This document shows positions 60,750 through 64,000 of a stretch of 64,000 nucleotides of DNA, in pieces. Each line of letters opens with the position of its first letter. Position 1 is the first letter of the stretch. A program made the position numbers and the translations under genes. The notes below the pieces were generated by a model that saw only the letters and a program-made list of their open reading frames with translations, did not search any database and had not been told where the DNA came from. The stretch spans positions 177,322,001-177,386,000 of the forward strand of contig CM059425.1 in assembly GCA_030390025.1 (NCBI GenBank), in the 5' to 3' direction. The DNA comes from Squalus acanthias (taxonomy: Eukaryota).

Positions 60750-61632
60750 GGCCTAGAAATTCAGTATCCCCCGAAAACGGGCAACCTGCACCCCTTCGGA
60801 GAACTGCAGGCTGCACGCAAAATTGGTAAAGTTCGTGCTGCCTGCTACTTTACATGATTGTAGCTTTCAGCCAAACGCTGAACATGTTGCTGAGTGGCTG
60901 AACGCTCAACAGGGGGCCCAAGTTCATGCGAGGCTAGCTCCAATTAAAACTAGCCACCACTTCTTAAAGGCAGTCTGCACCTCTTTAAGGGGAGTTGCAT
61001 TTTGCCTGTAACAGGTGCTGGAACTGCTTGTGGAGGCAAGTGTTATAAACAAGAAAACCGAGTAATGTCTCAACAAGCCAGAGAAAGGGCTCCAAGGTTC
61101 TCGGATGCAGCACTGGAGGCCTTGGTCCAGGAGATCAACTCCAGGAGATAGGTCATCTTTCCACAGGCCCTCCAGGCAATAGACAAGACTACAGTGAGTG
61201 GAGATAGCCAATGTGGTCAATGCCTGCAGTATATCCGCGAGGACCTGGACGCATTGTAGGAAGAGGTTTAATGACCTCACTCAAGTGGTCAAGGTCAGTG
61301 AATTCATCTTCAAATGCCATATCCCACCATCTGCACCAGTAGCCTCTCACACTGCTCAATGCACCACACCCCCATCACTCACCTACCAACAATCTCTACC
61401 AAACATGACTCATAGCTCACATTCATAGCTTCACCTCATCCGCACACAATTACCACTGCTGCAAGCCTCACACCCACATCTCACAGCTTGCATACACTGT
61501 CAGCTATTCAACCATGACAGGCACATCACCCAAACACATTACCCCACACTCACTGACAAACTTCCCTTTCTCTTGCAGGAAAAAGTGGCACATAATTGCT
61601 GCCAGCAGAATTGAACCGGCGGGGGACAGGCT
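60750..61632 (+). mobile_element. Left part of a Harbinger element with decayed Myb/SANT exon 1 (61065-61293) and start of exon 2 (61579), cut by a LINE
   Basis: GGCCTAGAAATTC end; RERAPRFSDAALEALV...RTWTHCRKRFNDLTQVVK|GT; acceptor TTGCAG|EKVAHN. Confidence 0.75.
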
Positions 61633-61636
61633 TGTC

Positions 61637-64000
61637 TTTTTTTTTATTCGTTCATGGGATGTGGGCGTCGCTGGCAAGGCCAGCATTTATTGCACATCCC
61701 TAGTTGCCTTTGAGAAGGTGGTGGTGAGTCGCCTTCTTGAACTGCTGCAGTCCGTGTGGTGAAGGTACTCCTACACTGCTGTTAGGGAGGGAGTTCCAGG
61801 ATTTTGACCCAGCGACAATAAAGGATCGGCGATATACTTCCAAGTCAGGATGATGTGTGACATGGAGGGGAACTTGCAGGTGGTGGTGTTCCCATGCGCC
61901 TGCTGCCCTTGTCCTTCTAGGTGGAAGAGGTCGCGGGTTTGGGAGGTGCTGCCGAAGAAGTCTCAGCGAGTTGCTGCAGTGCATCTTGTAGAGGGTACAC
62001 ACTGCAGCCACAGTACGCCGGTGGTGGAGGGTGTGAATGTTTAAGCTGGTGGATGGGGTGCCAATCAATCGGGCTGCTTTGTCCTGGATGGTGTCGAGCT
62101 TCTTGAGTGTTGTTGCAGCTGCACTCATCCAGGCAACTGGAGAGTATTCCATCACACTCCTTACTTGTGCCTTGTAGATGGTGGAAAGGCTTTAGGGAGT
62201 CAGGAGGTGAGACACTCGCCGCAGAATACCTAGCCTCTGACCTGCTCTTGTTGCCACAGTATTTATGTGGCTGGTCCAGTTAAGTTTCTGGTCAATGGTG
62301 ACCCCCAGGATGTTGATGGTGGGTGATTTGGCGATGGTAATGCCGTTGAATGTCATGGGGAGGTGGTTAGACTCTCTCTTGTTGGAGATAGTCATTGCCT
62401 GGCACTTCTGTGGCACGAAGGTTACCTGCCACTTATCAGCCCAAGCCTGAACGTCGTCCAGGTCTTGTTGCATGCGGGCATGGACTGCTTCATTATCTGA
62501 GGAGTTGCGAATGGCACTGAACACTGTACAGTCATCAGCAAACATCCCCATTTCTGACCTTATATTGGAGGGACGGTCATTGATGAAGCAGCTGAAGATG
62601 GTTGGGCCTCGGACACTGCCCTGAAGAACTCTTCCAGCGATGTCCTGGGGCTGTGATGATTGACCTTCAATCACCACAACCATCTTCCTTTGTGCTAGGT
62701 ATGACTCCAGCCAGTGGAGCGTTTTCCCCCTGATTCCCATTGACTTCAGTTTTACTAGGGCTCCTTGATGCCAGACTCGGTCAAATGCTGCCTTGATGTC
62801 AAGGGCAGTCACTCTCACCTCACCTCTGGAATTCAGCTCCTTTGTCCATGTTTGGCCCAAGGCTGTAATGAGGTCAGGGAGCCGAGTGGTCTTGGTGGAA
62901 CCCAAACTGGGCATCAGTGAGCAGGTTATTGGTGAGTAAATGCCGCTTGATAGCACTGTCGATGACACCTTCCATCACCTTGCTGATGATTGAGAGTAGA
63001 CTGATGGGGCAGTAATTGGCCGGATTGGATTTGTCCTGCTTTTTGTGGACAGGACATACCTGGGCAGTTTTCCAAATTGTCGGGTAGATGCCAGTGTTGT
63101 AGCTGTACTGGAACAGCTTGGCTAGAGGCATGGCTAGTTCTGGAGCACAAGTCTTCAGCACAATAGCCGGGAAGTTGTCGGGGTCCATAGCCTTTGCTGT
63201 ATCTAGTGCACTCAGCCGTTTCTTAATATCACGTGGAGTGAATCGAATTGGCTGAAGACTGGCTTCTGTGATAGTGGGGACCTCGGGAGTAGGCCGATAT
63301 GGATCATCCACTTGGCACTTCTGACTGAAGATGGTTGCAAACGCTTCAGCCTTGTCTTTTGCACTCACCTGCTGGGCTCCGCCATCATTGAGGATGGGGA
63401 TATTCATGGAGCCTCCTCCTCCCGTTAGTTGTTCAATGGTCCACCACCATTCACGACTGGATGTGGCAGGACTGCAGATCTTTGATCTGAACCATTGATT
63501 GTGGGATCGCTTAGCCCTGTCTATAGCATGCTGCTTCCGCTTTTTAGCATGCATGTAGTCCTGTGTTGCAGCTTCCCCAGGTTGGCACCTCATTTTTAGA
63601 TACGCCTGGTGCTGCTCCCGGCATGCTCTTCTACACTCCTTATTGAATCAGGTTGGTCCCCTGGCTTGGTGGTAATGGTAGAGTGAGGGATATGCTGGGC
63701 CATGAGGTTACAGATTGTGGTGGAATACAATTCTGCTGCTGCTGATGGCCCACAGCGCCTCATGGATGCCCAGTTTTGAGCTGCTAGATCTGTTCTGAAT
63801 CTATCCCATTGAGCACGGTGGAAGTGCCACACAACACGATGGAGGGTGTCCTCAGTGTGAAGACGGGACTTCGTCTCCACAATGACTGTGCAGTGGTCAC
63901 TGCTACCAATGCTGTCATGAACAGATGCATCTGCGACAGGTCGATTGGTGAGGACGAGGTCAAGTAGGTTTTTCCCTCGTGTTGGTTCTCTCACCACCTG
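61637..64000 (-). mobile_element. Non-LTR retrotransposon ORF2 (APE C-terminus + RT), frameshifted, runs off the window
   Basis: PTRGKNLLDLVLT..SSDH (63596-63997); RT pieces 62874-63593, 62192-62968 and 61700-62155; poly(A) at 61637-61645. Confidence 0.92.

Noticed and set aside
1..64000. CRISPR array, prokaryotic operon or defence-associated reverse transcriptase
   Set aside because: No repeat-spacer array is present, and every RT sits in a eukaryotic retroelement context with tails or TSDs.

Overview
This window is eukaryotic, transposon-dense DNA, and I could not support any host protein-coding gene in it. The repeat content (CR1 LINEs with an esterase ORF1, L2, tRNA-headed DeuSINEs, Penelope-like elements, many PIF/Harbinger derivatives) suggests a cartilaginous fish intron or intergenic region; this is an inference. 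Main findings: (1) a young 5'-truncated Penelope-like retroelement (RT + GIY-YIG, 12-bp TSD) with an intact-looking minimal hammerhead ribozyme in its 3' repeat, plus two non-autonomous fold-back relatives with hammerhead motifs and 13-14 bp TSDs; (2) a 3.2-kb Harbinger derivative that lost its transposase but keeps a three-exon Myb/SANT-like gene with canonical splice sites; (3) two related ~1.5-kb solo LTRs in inverted orientation, each with its own 4-bp TSD; (4) a hAT-type MITE with an 8-bp TSD that shares ~70 bp with nearby flanking DNA; (5) nested antisense CR1-in-CR1 insertions; (6) a pre-miRNA-sized hairpin. All coordinates were read by eye and no database searches were run. Most of these elements belong to known families, and I found no wholly new system.
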